This document shows, piece by piece, positions 1-9,769 of a DNA stretch of 64,000 bases; position 1 is the stretch's first letter, and each line of letters opens with the position of its first letter. Under the pieces are notes generated by a model. It was not told the DNA's origin. It did no database searches and was given only the letters and a program-made list of their open reading frames with translations. Location of the stretch: positions 100,680 through 164,679 of the forward strand of contig JASFQK010000007.1 in NCBI GenBank assembly GCA_050115495.1, written 5' to 3'. Both the position numbers and the translations under genes were made by a program. This stretch comes from Phycisphaerae bacterium. GTDB lineage: Bacteria; Planctomycetota; Phycisphaerae; UBA1845; Fen-1342.

Positions 1-359
1 GCGACGGGCTCATCGTGGCCACGCCCTCGGGCTCCACGGCGCACAACCTCGCCGCCGGCGGCCCCATCGTCGAACCCACCGGCGAGGCCTTCATCCTGAC
101 CCCCCTCTGCCCGCAAGCGCTGACGTACCGCCCGGTCGTCCTCGACGCCCGCCGGCGGATCGTCCTCCGCTGCGTGCAGGCCAACGTCGGCACGTCGGTC
201 AACGTCGACGGCCGCGTCATGTCGGTCTTCCAGCACGGCGACCAGATGGTCGTCACGCGATACGACGCCGACTTCCTCCTGGTGCGCAACCCCAAGCGCT
301 CCGAATGGCACGCCCTCCGCCGCAAGCTCCGCTGGGGCGAAGGCCCCAACATGCACTAA
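1..359 (+). CDS. nadK: NAD kinase, C-terminal part (5' truncated by window edge)
   Basis: DGLIVATPSGSTAHNLAAGGP signature, TPLCPQAL, ends LRRKLRWG. Confidence 0.92.
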   Translation, partial: DGLIVATPSGSTAHNLAAGGPIVEPTGEAFILTPLCPQALTYRPVVLDARRRIVLRCVQANVGTSVNVDGRVMSVFQHGDQMVVTRYDADFLLVRNPKRSEWHALRRKLRWGEGPNMH

Positions 360-721
360 CCGGCGTCCGGGGACGCCGCCGGCTCGTCCAGTTCGTCCAG
401 CAGTGCTACCGCACGCCGCAGGTGCGGGATGACGATCGAACCGCCCACGATCAACCCGACGTTCAGCAGCTCGAAGAGCTCTTCGCGGCTCACGCCGAGT
501 TCGCGGCAGCGCACCACGTGATACGTGATGCAGTCGTCGCAGCGCAGGACGAGCGATGCCGCCAGGCCGGCCAGCTCCTTCGTCTTCGCGTCGAGCGCGC
601 CATCGTGGTACGCCTGACCGTCGAGCGTGAAGAAGCGGTTGATGTTCAGGTTCTTCGCCGCCAGGATGCGGGCGTTCATCTTCTCGCGCTGCTCGCGAAA
701 TTCCTTCAGCCGCGAACCCAT
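356..721 (-). CDS. carboxymuconolactone decarboxylase/AhpD family protein
   Basis: DGALDAKTKELAGL..LRCDDCITYH motif; ATG at 721 preceded by AGGAGG. Confidence 0.85.
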   Translation of the reverse strand: MGSRLKEFREQREKMNARILAAKNLNINRFFTLDGQAYHDGALDAKTKELAGLAASLVLRCDDCITYHVVRCRELGVSREELFELLNVGLIVGGSIVIPHLRRAVALLDELDEPAASPDAG

Positions 722-926
722 CCGCAACCTCCTTCGACCCCGCGCCGCCGATACGTGGCTCGTCGCTCCGGCGGAGAGATTGACGCCACGATAGCCGCCG
801 GGACGGTCGCGGTCACGCGGAGTGCCCACATACAGCATGGGCCGGCCCAGACAGGCCGGCCCATGCCCTCATCTTCATGCGCCGTAGCGATCAGCCCGCC
901 GCAGTTTCACCGCGACGGCGACCGGA

Positions 927-2180
927 TCACGGCGCGACGCCGAGCTCGCTCAGCTCACCATCGTCGTCCGGGTCATCGTCCAGAATGGGCACGATATGCA
1001 GCGCATCCAGGCCGAAGTTGTGGAGATCCTCGACCGGCCGGAACCGCCGCACCAGGTCCAGGTTGCGACAGATGACGTGACCGTCATTGCTCAACAGGTC
1101 GCCATCGCCGATCCAGCCATATGTTCCTGATCGGAAGGGCTCCTCGGTCGAGAACCAGATGTGTCCGCTCGGCCACAAGTACACGGCGTCCAGGCCGTAA
1201 TCGTAGTCCGGCTCGACCGGCCGGAACCGGGCGAGCAACTCCTGGTTCGTGTAGACGATCTCGCCATGAGCGGCACAGAGCAAATCGCCATGCCCCACAG
1301 TCAGGCCCAGCGGTTCGGAGTAGAAGTCCACCTCCGTCGAGAAGTACCAGCCGTAGCACGGCCATCCCCACGTGATGGCATCCAGCCCGAGGTCACACTC
1401 TGAGGTGGGCGCGAACATCCATGTCAACGACTGATTCCGCTCCACGATGAATCCGCCCTCCGACAGGAAGTCGCCGTGCTGGAGCCAGCCCAGCGTTTCG
1501 CTGAAGTGGCTGGTCTCGGGCGAGAACCACGCCTCCCACCAGGGCACCTCGTCGATCTCCGCCGGGCAGAGGGCGTCCAACCCGATATCCGGCACAACCG
1601 GCATGATGCCCAGGTTCCGCGTCAGTTCGAAGTTCGTCCATAGCACGATCCCGAATACCGACAGCGCGTCGCCGTCGCTGACCGCCGTTCCGTTCGGCGT
1701 ATGGAAGCCCACTTCGGTCGAGAACCACACGTCGACGATCGGCGCGGCGACGACCACCAGCCGCGGCGTCCGCGACGTCCCCGCCACGGGACGCAACACG
1801 ATGTCGATCATGGGCAGGGTTGTGTAGTAGGGCTGCACCCCGCTGTCGAACAGGTGCGTGGAGCCGCCCACCGCGACATTGAGGACCATCCGCTGGCCCG
1901 CATCATCCTGCCTGTACGTACCCTCGGCCCTGACAACCACGCTCCCAGCGCTGTCGAAGCCGCGGAAGTTCTGCACCACGTACAGCCCCTCGACGGCAGA
2001 CGGCAGCAGATCGAACGTCCCGTGCAACTGAATCTCCGTCGTCGGGTCTTCGACGGTGACCAGCAGACTCCCCTCCAGCAGGCAATACCTCGTTGGTAGT
2101 TGCCCCAGCGCCGGTGCCGCTAACACCGCCACCAGCAAAATGGCAACACATCCCCCCTTGACCAACACGCGAGCACTCAT
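927..2180 (-). CDS. secreted repeat protein (4x WFSTE..GDLL..GLDA), paralog A, no complete dockerin tail
   Basis: signal peptide VLAAPALG-Q; four ~60-aa internal repeats; collinear with 2574-3959; AGGAGG RBS. Confidence 0.8.
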   Translation of the reverse strand: MSARVLVKGGCVAILLVAVLAAPALGQLPTRYCLLEGSLLVTVEDPTTEIQLHGTFDLLPSAVEGLYVVQNFRGFDSAGSVVVRAEGTYRQDDAGQRMVLNVAVGGSTHLFDSGVQPYYTTLPMIDIVLRPVAGTSRTPRLVVVAAPIVDVWFSTEVGFHTPNGTAVSDGDALSVFGIVLWTNFELTRNLGIMPVVPDIGLDALCPAEIDEVPWWEAWFSPETSHFSETLGWLQHGDFLSEGGFIVERNQSLTWMFAPTSECDLGLDAITWGWPCYGWYFSTEVDFYSEPLGLTVGHGDLLCAAHGEIVYTNQELLARFRPVEPDYDYGLDAVYLWPSGHIWFSTEEPFRSGTYGWIGDGDLLSNDGHVICRNLDLVRRFRPVEDLHNFGLDALHIVPILDDDPDDDGELSELGVAP

Positions 2181-2435
2181 GGCAAGACCTCCTTCCCCCC
2201 GCCCGAACACCTGCGCGCGTGCAGACACCCCTCGCACACGCTGTCGGAGCGATCAGAACTGCCACTCACCTCCCGCAGCGTGGACTCCGGCCTCGCCACC
2301 TGGAGGGCCCCGAACACCCCGACCTTCCTACAACAAATATCCGCCCAGGAGTGCCGCCAGTCAAACTCGTTCTTTCGCGTCACCGGTAACGGCTCGAATT
2401 AACGCAATCCTTGCCTCCAGCGTCCTCGGCTGATG

Positions 2436-2552
2436 GCGCCCCCGCCTTCCCACAATCGCCCCTACAGCGCGTGGTCTACCGAGGGCACGGCCGGAGCGTT
2501 ACCCCCGCCCTGCTCCAGACTTGAGTACTCCCGCATGGACCGGCGCGGCAGA
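2436..2552 (+). repeat. degenerate duplicate of the lnt promoter and first codons (copy of 4216-4329)
   Basis: CCGCCTTCCCACAATCGCCC..GTGGTCTACCGAGGGC..CGTTACCCCCGCCCT..ACTCCCGCATG shared between the two sites. Confidence 0.85.
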
Positions 2553-2573
2553 GGAAGGGGACCCGCCGCGACG

Positions 2574-3959
2574 TCACGGCAGCGTCAGCATCCGGATGAA
2601 CAGGCTAATGTCGAAGTTGTCCAACACTCTATCGCCGTTCAGGTCGCCGACCACATCCGGATCCAGCTCCGGGAACTGCGCGTAGTACGCCTCCCGGTTG
2701 GTCAGGGCCAGGACGAACGGGGCGAGGTCGAGGTTGTTGATGAACGCGTCGCCGTTCATGTCCCCGGGCTGCACGGGCACGACATGAAGCGCGTCCAGGC
2801 CGAAGTTGTCGAGATCCTCGACCGGCTCGAAACGCCGCACCAAGTCGAGGTTGCGGTAGATGATGAAGCCGTCCATGCTGAGCAGGTCGCCGTCGCTGAT
2901 CCAGCCGTGGGTCAGCGAGTGGAACGATTCCTCGGTCGAGAACCACACGTGTCCGCTCGGCCACCGGTACAGGGCGTCCAGCCCATAATCATGATCTGGC
3001 ACCAGTGGCTGGATGCGGGCCAGCAGTTCCTGGTTGGTGTAGACGATCGCACCGTCCGTGGCGCACAGCACGTCGCCGTGTCCCACGAGCGCGCCGACAG
3101 CCTCGGAGTGGAAATCCACCTCCGTCGAAAACCACTTGCAGTTGCTCGACCATTCCCAGGTGATCGCGTCGAGCCCAAGGTCTCCCGGCTCCAGGGGCTC
3201 GAACGACTGCGTGAGGTCCTGGTTGCGGGCCACGATGAACCCGCCCTCCGACAGAAAGTCGCCGTGTTGCAGCGGCCCCAGCGTCTCGCTGTATTGGTCG
3301 ATCTCCATCGAGAACCACCCCTCCCACCAGAGCGGCCCCCAGACGGCCATCGGATGCATGGCGTCCAGGCCGACATCGGGAACGACCGGCTCGATGCCGA
3401 GGTTCTGCGTCAGCTCGGCGTTGGTCCAGAGCACGCTGCCGTAGGTCGTCAGGATGTCGCCGTCGCTGATTGCCGTACCCGCCGGCGTGTGGAAGCCCGT
3501 CTCGGTGGAGAACCACGCCGGTGTCGCCGGTACCGCCACCACGATGAGCCGCATCGGCACGGGTTCCTCGTGCAGGATAATCTCGATCATGGGCAGGGTC
3601 GTGTAGTACGGCTGCGGACCGCTGTCTAAGTGGTGCACGTCCCCGTTCACGACGGCCCCCAGGATCATCTGCTGGAAGGCGTCGTTCTGGACGTACGTCC
3701 CCTCCCCCGTCACCGCTTCGTTGCCCGAGTCGTCGAACCCGCGGAAATTGCGAACGTCGTAGGAGTCGCTGCCCGACGTCGTGACCAGATCGAACGTCCC
3801 GTGCAGCGGGAGCTCGATCATCGGGTCCTCGCCGAAGACCAGCGCGGTTCCCTCCAGCAGGCGATAGCGCGTCGAGCCCTGGCCGAGAGCCGGTGCCGCC
3901 AGCACCGCTATCACCAAAATAACGATAGCACCCCTCCAGAATGGATTGCTGACGCTCAT
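2574..3959 (-). CDS. secreted repeat protein, paralog B, with C-terminal dockerin-like double EF-hand domain
   Basis: signal peptide; four WFS..GD..GLDA repeats; C-terminal GDMNGDAFINNLDL..GDLNGDRVLDNFDI. Confidence 0.82.
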   Translation of the reverse strand: MSVSNPFWRGAIVILVIAVLAAPALGQGSTRYRLLEGTALVFGEDPMIELPLHGTFDLVTTSGSDSYDVRNFRGFDDSGNEAVTGEGTYVQNDAFQQMILGAVVNGDVHHLDSGPQPYYTTLPMIEIILHEEPVPMRLIVVAVPATPAWFSTETGFHTPAGTAISDGDILTTYGSVLWTNAELTQNLGIEPVVPDVGLDAMHPMAVWGPLWWEGWFSMEIDQYSETLGPLQHGDFLSEGGFIVARNQDLTQSFEPLEPGDLGLDAITWEWSSNCKWFSTEVDFHSEAVGALVGHGDVLCATDGAIVYTNQELLARIQPLVPDHDYGLDALYRWPSGHVWFSTEESFHSLTHGWISDGDLLSMDGFIIYRNLDLVRRFEPVEDLDNFGLDALHVVPVQPGDMNGDAFINNLDLAPFVLALTNREAYYAQFPELDPDVVGDLNGDRVLDNFDISLFIRMLTLP

Positions 3960-4206
3960 GATGAAGTCTCCGCCCCCCTCCCAACGCTTCCCCGCGCGGC
4001 TGGTGATACACCGCACGTTGTCGAGATGACGGAACCGCTGCCCACCTTCCCGCGGTGCAGACTCCTGCCACCCCGCAGGAAGGGTCCCCGTCGCCCCAAC
4101 GTTCCTATAGGAAGTATTGCCCCGGAAATGCCACGGTCAACACGCCGCGACCTCCGTCACCGCTCACGGCCGCGGCCGGCCTGTCCCCTGGTCCCCACGC
4201 CCACGC

Positions 4207-4235
4207 TTGACGGCTGCGCCCCGCCTTCCCACAAT
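4207..4235 (+). promoter_or_regulatory. putative sigma70 promoter of lnt
   Basis: TTGACG-N17-CACAAT, 76 bp upstream of ATG 4312. Confidence 0.5.
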
Positions 4236-4311
4236 CGCCCCCACAGCGTGGTCTACCGAGGGCGTGGCGGGGACGTTACCCCCGCCCTATCCCGGACTTG
4301 GGCACTCCCGC

Positions 4312-6213
4312 ATGAATCGCCGAAGCAGACAGGACAAACGCCCTCAGCAACCCGAATCCAGCCCGCCACCCATGCCCAGCGTGGCCCGGGAGGCCGGCCG
4401 GGTGGCCGGTCTCTACACGATCACGCTCGTGCTGGCTTCGTGGATTTTTCCGCCGCACGGGGTATGGCCGCTGGCTTTCGTCTGCCTGGTGCCCTGGGTG
4501 GTGGCCACCTGCCGGACGCAGCGGGCCTGGCTGGTGCACTGGCTCAGCTTTGCGCTGGGCTGGGCGTTCTTCCTGTTCAACCTGCGGTGGCTGTGGCCGG
4601 TGACATCGGGCGGACACGTCGCCCTGGCCTTCTACCTGGGGCTCTACTGGCCCGTGGCGGCGTGGGCCCTGCGCACCGCCCAGCGGCATCACATCTCGCC
4701 GGTGTGGACGCTGCCCGTGGCCTGGGTGGCCTGCGAGTTCCTGCGGGCCACGGTGATGACGGGGTTCCCCTGGCTGTTCCTGGGCCACGCCTTCCACGCC
4801 CAGTTGATCCTGATCCAGATCAGCGACATCACCGGCGCCTACGGCGTCTCGTTTCTCGCCGCCCTGATCAACGGCACGATCGCCGCCTGGATCCTGTGGC
4901 GCTACCGGCATCCGGCCATGACCCGCACGCCGCGGCAACTGCTGATCGGCACGGGCGTGACGGTGGTGGCCGTGGTCCTGACGCTGGTGTACGGCCACTA
5001 CCGCCTCCGGCAGACCGACTTCACGCCGGGCCCGCAGGTCGCGGTGATCCAGCACGACTTCTCGCTGCGCAGCGCGCCGCCTTACGGCGAGCACTCCTGG
5101 GTCATCTTCGCCGAGTACGTGGCGCTGGCCGCCGAAGCCGCCAAGACGCAGCCGGACCTGCTCGTCTTCCCGGAAACGGTCTGGAGCTCCATCCAGAACC
5201 GCGAGTTCCTGGCCGTCGAGCACAACGCCGTGCCCGGCCTGTCCGCCGGCACCTGGCACTACGGCAAGATCTGCGACGACGCCATCTCGGCCTTCGCCCG
5301 CGGCGATTACGTCGCTGTCAACCGGCAGATCGAAGATCTCGAGCGCTTCGAGCGAAAGTACACGCACCGGAAGCTGCCACGCCTGCCCGAGGCCGGCGGA
5401 CCGCCGGTCACCGTCGTCCTCGGCGCCCAATCGGTGGATGTGTTCCCCGCGGAGACGTACCCGAAGTTCAAGCGCTACAACTCGGTGCTGGTTTACGACC
5501 CGGACGGCACGCAGCGCGAAATCCGTTACGACAAGAACCACCTGGTGCCCTTCGGTGAGTTCGTGCCCTTCCGCGGCGGCCGCCTGCATTTCCTCTATCG
5601 CTGGCTCAACAAGCTGAGCCCGATGAGCAGCGGCGGCACGTTCGAGTACTCCTCGTCGCCGGGGAAGGACCTGACCGTCTTCTCGCTGACGACGGCAAAG
5701 GGCGACACGCGCTTCGGCACCCCGATCTGCTACGAAGACGTCATGCCCGACGTCATGCGCCGCTACGTCTGGGACGGCGGCACGCGCCGCACCGACTTCC
5801 TGGTCAACGTCAGCAACGACGGCTGGTACATCTACGGCAACGAATTGCCGCAGCACCTGGCCATCTGCGCCTTCCGCGCCGTCGAGAACCGCATCGGCAT
5901 CGCCCGGGCGGTCAACACGGGCATCAGCGGCTTCATCGATCCCAACGGCCGCGTCTACTCCGTCGTCGAGAAGGACGGACGCCGCTACGGAGCCGGCATC
6001 ATCGGCTACCGCGTGGATCGCGTGCTCCTGGACAAGCGCACCAGCATCTACGGCCGCTTCGGCGACTGGCTGGCCATCACTTGCCTGGTGCTCACCGCCG
6101 GCTTGTGGGCGGTGGCCATCGCCGAACGGTGGGTTATGGCCCTGCAACAGCGCATCGCTGCCTGGCGGGCCGGAGGAGGGCGGCTTCATGCCACCACGAA
6201 AGACGAGAAGTAA
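4312..6213 (+). CDS. lnt: apolipoprotein N-acyltransferase
   Basis: multi-TM N-terminus; GFPW, FPET (Glu), YDKNHLVPFGE (Lys), ICYED (Cys), NDGW, RAVENR, NTGIS; start uncertain (4312 or 4372). Confidence 0.95.
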   Translation: MNRRSRQDKRPQQPESSPPPMPSVAREAGRVAGLYTITLVLASWIFPPHGVWPLAFVCLVPWVVATCRTQRAWLVHWLSFALGWAFFLFNLRWLWPVTSGGHVALAFYLGLYWPVAAWALRTAQRHHISPVWTLPVAWVACEFLRATVMTGFPWLFLGHAFHAQLILIQISDITGAYGVSFLAALINGTIAAWILWRYRHPAMTRTPRQLLIGTGVTVVAVVLTLVYGHYRLRQTDFTPGPQVAVIQHDFSLRSAPPYGEHSWVIFAEYVALAAEAAKTQPDLLVFPETVWSSIQNREFLAVEHNAVPGLSAGTWHYGKICDDAISAFARGDYVAVNRQIEDLERFERKYTHRKLPRLPEAGGPPVTVVLGAQSVDVFPAETYPKFKRYNSVLVYDPDGTQREIRYDKNHLVPFGEFVPFRGGRLHFLYRWLNKLSPMSSGGTFEYSSSPGKDLTVFSLTTAKGDTRFGTPICYEDVMPDVMRRYVWDGGTRRTDFLVNVSNDGWYIYGNELPQHLAICAFRAVENRIGIARAVNTGISGFIDPNGRVYSVVEKDGRRYGAGIIGYRVDRVLLDKRTSIYGRFGDWLAITCLVLTAGLWAVAIAERWVMALQQRIAAWRAGGGRLHATTKDEK

Positions 6214-7207
6214 CGCCGCCGGCCTCGCCCTGCTGCTGAGCGGCCTGCTGCTGGCGGGATTCGGCTGTCAGAGCGCGGCGCCGCGGCTGACGCCGGACGA
6301 GTCCCTGGCCCTCGAACGGCGGGCGACCGACCTGCTGCTCCGTGCCGCGCAGAGCGAGGATCCGCTGGTCGCCTGCCACGCCATCGAGGCGCTGGTGCAC
6401 GTGGCCCCGGAGGAGGGCCGGCCGCACTTCCGCGCTGCGTTGCGCTCGCCGTCGCCGCTGCTGCGGGCCGCCGGTCTGAAGGCCCTTGGTACGCTCGCCG
6501 ACGGTAGCTCCGCCGCGATGTACCGGCAGCTTCTGAGCGACAACCATCCGCTCGTGCGGCTCGCCGCGGCGTTCGCCGTCTGTCGGGCTGGTCAGACGTC
6601 AGCGGCTCGTCTGCTCGTCACGGCCCTCGACGACAACCCGGAAGAGCACGTGCGGGCCGAAGCGGCCCAGCTCATCGGCCGCCTCGAAGAGCCGCGGGCC
6701 ATCAAACGTCTGCAAGCCGCCTTGCGCCTCCAGGCCAACGAGCAGTCGAACATCGTCCGGCTCGAAATCTACACGGCCCTGGCTCGGCTCGGCGACGAAG
6801 AGGGCACCGACCGGCTCATCGCCGCCGCCCAGCACGACGCCCTGTCCCGCCTGCTGGCCTTGCAGGGCTTGGCGGACGTGGGCACCCAGCGAGCCCGCGA
6901 CGTCCTCCGCTATCACCTGAGCGACGCCGAGGACTACCTCATCCACCGTCTTATCGCCGCCCGCGGACTCGCCCGTCTGGGCGAGCCGATCGGCTACGAC
7001 CTGGCTATCGAGAAACTGCGCTTCGTCGGCAGCAACCCCGAGGATCCGGAAGAGGCCGTCCGCGTTCGAACCAACGCGGCGATGGTCCTCGGCGAGATTC
7101 GCGACGCTCGCGCGCTACCCGACCTGCAGAACATGGCCGAGTCGGAGAACGACCCCCGGCTGCAAGTGGCGGCGTGCTACGCCATCTGCCGCATCCTGCA
7201 ACCCTGA
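6188..7207 (+). CDS. HEAT/PBS-lyase repeat lipoprotein
   Basis: lipobox-like AGFG-C; repeated VRxxAAxxLG helices; overlaps lnt 3' end. Confidence 0.8.
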   Translation: MPPRKTRSNAAGLALLLSGLLLAGFGCQSAAPRLTPDESLALERRATDLLLRAAQSEDPLVACHAIEALVHVAPEEGRPHFRAALRSPSPLLRAAGLKALGTLADGSSAAMYRQLLSDNHPLVRLAAAFAVCRAGQTSAARLLVTALDDNPEEHVRAEAAQLIGRLEEPRAIKRLQAALRLQANEQSNIVRLEIYTALARLGDEEGTDRLIAAAQHDALSRLLALQGLADVGTQRARDVLRYHLSDAEDYLIHRLIAARGLARLGEPIGYDLAIEKLRFVGSNPEDPEEAVRVRTNAAMVLGEIRDARALPDLQNMAESENDPRLQVAACYAICRILQP

Positions 7208-7217
7208 TCCACCCCGC

Positions 7218-7850
7218 TCAATCGGAGTGTAGCGGAACGCCCTCTGCGTCCTGGCTCGCCGGCGGCTCTTCGCGATCCCAGCCCTGCGACTCGGTCGCGG
7301 TGGCGATCTCCGCCCCGCGCACCGGATCGTGCACCGCGGTGAACGATCCCAGCAGCAAGTGGTTCGACGGCCGCCCCCATCCGCCCAGGAGCCCGGTGAC
7401 CTGCCGCTGCGTGAGCAGCCGGAACGTCCCCCGCAGCCGCTCGCCCTTGTCGCGATAGAGGGCAACGATCCCCATCGTCGACACGAACCGCCCCTCGCTC
7501 ACGCCAAACCGGGCCACCGCTCGCAGCTCACGCCTGGCCACCAGGTAATTGCGGTCCTTCCCGGCGGGCAGCTTTTCGAGCGCCAGCGACAGACGGAAGC
7601 TGAACGGCCCCAACGCCCCCAGCAGCGGGCGGCGCGTCGCCTCCATCGCCACCCACACCTGCCCGGTGTCGTCCGTCCACCAATAGCAATGATCCAGGGA
7701 AAGCCGAGCGATTCGCGCCGGCGGCGGGTCGATTTCGCGGTAGTTCAGGGCCGCAACTTCGACGTGTCCGCCGCCGGCGCAACCGAGCAGGCCCGCCAGC
7801 GGCAGCACCGCCAGCAGGCCACGCCACCACGCGCCCGGCCGTCGGGGCAT
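7218..7850 (-). CDS. hypothetical lipoprotein
   Basis: [24 protein letters not shown] lipoprotein signal; TGATG coupling with glyA stop. Confidence 0.7.
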   Translation of the reverse strand: MPRRPGAWWRGLLAVLPLAGLLGCAGGGHVEVAALNYREIDPPPARIARLSLDHCYWWTDDTGQVWVAMEATRRPLLGALGPFSFRLSLALEKLPAGKDRNYLVARRELRAVARFGVSEGRFVSTMGIVALYRDKGERLRGTFRLLTQRQVTGLLGGWGRPSNHLLLGSFTAVHDPVRGAEIATATESQGWDREEPPASQDAEGVPLHSD

Positions 7851-9112
7851 CACGCGTGCGGAATCGGGAACTGGCGGCATAGCTCGCGCACCTGCCCGCG
7901 CGTCCGCTCCATCTTGGCCGCGTCGCCCTCGGCCGACAGGGCTTCGTGCACTAACTGGGCCACGACCGCCATCTGCGGCTCTTTCAGCCCGCGGGTGGTC
8001 AGGGCCGGCGTACCGATCCGCAGGCCGCTGGTCTGTGTCGGCTTGCGCTCGTCGAAGGGGATCATGTTCTTGTTGACGATGATGCCGGCCTCTTCGAGCC
8101 AGGCTTCGGCCTGCTTGCCGGTCAGGTCGGGATGCACGTCGCGCAGGTCGACGAGCATCAGGTGCGTATCCGTGCCGCCCGAGACCAGCCGATAACCCCG
8201 CGCTCGCAGGGCCTCGGCCAGCGCCTGGGCGTTGTCGAGGATCTGCTGCTGGTACTGCTTGAACTCCGGCCGCAGGGCCTCGCCGAAAGCCACCGCCTTG
8301 CCGGCGATGGCGTGCATGAGCGGGCCACCCTGCGTGCCGGGGAAGACCCACTTGTTCATCAGCTTGGCGTCGTCTTCCGTGTTGCACATGATCATGCCGC
8401 CGCGCGTGCCGCGCAGCGTCTTGTGCGTCGTCGTCGTGGTGAAATCGGCATGGCCGATCGGCGTCGGGTGCAGCCCCACGGCCACCAGGCCGGCGATGTG
8501 GGCGATGTCCGCCATCAGCCGGGCCCCCACCTCACGGGCGATCTCGGCAAACGCCGGGAAGTCCATCGTCCGCGGATAGGCCGAGGCGCCGGCGATGATC
8601 AGCTTCGGCTTGTGTTCCAGCGCCAGTTTCCGGACCTCGGCCATGTCGAAGGCCTCGGTCTCGCGGCTCACGCCGTAAGGCACGATGTTGTACATCGTTC
8701 CGCTGAAGTTCACTTTCAGCCCGTGCGACAGGTGTCCGCCGTGCGCCAGGTCGAGCGAGAGCACCGTGTCTCCCGGCTTCACACAGGCCATGTACACGGC
8801 GACGTTCGCCTGGGCGCCGGAGTGCGGCTGCACGTTCACGAACGGCGTGCTGAACAGCTTCTTGGCCCGCTCGCGCGCCAGGTCCTCGATGGCGTCCATG
8901 TTGACGCAGCCGCCGTAGTACCGCTTGCCCGGATAACCCTCGGCGTACTTGTTCGTGAAGACCGATCCCACGGCCGTCCGCACCGCCACCGAAACGTGGT
9001 TCTCCGAGGCGATCAGTTCGAGCGTGTTCTGCTGGCGGTCTTCTTCCTGCCGGATAATCTCGGCAACAGCCGGGTCCGTCTCGGCCAGAGGCTGAGAGAG
9101 AAACTTCAACAT
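7850..9112 (-). CDS. glyA: serine hydroxymethyltransferase
   Basis: [49 protein letters not shown]-lysine motif. Confidence 0.98.
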   Translation of the reverse strand: MLKFLSQPLAETDPAVAEIIRQEEDRQQNTLELIASENHVSVAVRTAVGSVFTNKYAEGYPGKRYYGGCVNMDAIEDLARERAKKLFSTPFVNVQPHSGAQANVAVYMACVKPGDTVLSLDLAHGGHLSHGLKVNFSGTMYNIVPYGVSRETEAFDMAEVRKLALEHKPKLIIAGASAYPRTMDFPAFAEIAREVGARLMADIAHIAGLVAVGLHPTPIGHADFTTTTTHKTLRGTRGGMIMCNTEDDAKLMNKWVFPGTQGGPLMHAIAGKAVAFGEALRPEFKQYQQQILDNAQALAEALRARGYRLVSGGTDTHLMLVDLRDVHPDLTGKQAEAWLEEAGIIVNKNMIPFDERKPTQTSGLRIGTPALTTRGLKEPQMAVVAQLVHEALSAEGDAAKMERTRGQVRELCRQFPIPHA

Positions 9113-9146
9113 GGGCACCTTTCCTTCGCGGGCCGGTCTCGATCGA

Positions 9147-9758
9147 TCACGGAGAGCCCCCGGCCGGGTTCTCCGGACGCTCCGACGCCGGGGCCGGGGC
9201 CGGGGCCGTTTCCGTCGGCGGCGCAGCGAAGCGCTCCTCCAATTCGTCAAGCAACATTCGTTCCAGTCGGCGGTCCCGCCCCACGCGCGACCAGACCGTA
9301 TTCTGGCGCTCGCTCGTGGCGGCGTCCCGCTCGATGGGGGTGTAGCCCGGTGAATCGCTGATCCGCGTGCCGGCCGGCTGGGCACTCGCCACGCGGGCCG
9401 TGTCCTGCCGCTCGACGTCGATGCGCAGGCGGGCGACGCTCGACTCGCCCTTGCGGCCCACGCTGAAGTGCGCCACCCGCCGCATCGTCGACCGGCCGCC
9501 GTACAGGTCGCGGGCCGTCCCGCTCTCGCGGCGTGTGCTGTACTCGACCGGCAGGCTGTCAACCGCCAGCCGCCCCTCGTCGACGTCGACCCGCCCGAAC
9601 TCGCGCCGCAGCAGCGCCGCCCCCGCCACGAGCACCGCCCGGCTGTCCGGCGTGTCGATCAGCCGCGACTGCTGCCCGGTAAGATCCGTGGTCGGGCCAC
9701 AGCCCACGAGGCCCCAGCACAGCGGCGCCAACAACAACACGACTACCCGACCTGACAT
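9147..9758 (-). CDS. hypothetical lipoprotein
   Basis: signal ending GLVG-C; in a tightly packed minus-strand run. Confidence 0.7.
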   Translation of the reverse strand: MSGRVVVLLLAPLCWGLVGCGPTTDLTGQQSRLIDTPDSRAVLVAGAALLRREFGRVDVDEGRLAVDSLPVEYSTRRESGTARDLYGGRSTMRRVAHFSVGRKGESSVARLRIDVERQDTARVASAQPAGTRISDSPGYTPIERDAATSERQNTVWSRVGRDRRLERMLLDELEERFAAPPTETAPAPAPASERPENPAGGSP

Positions 9759-9769
9759 CACGTCCCCTT

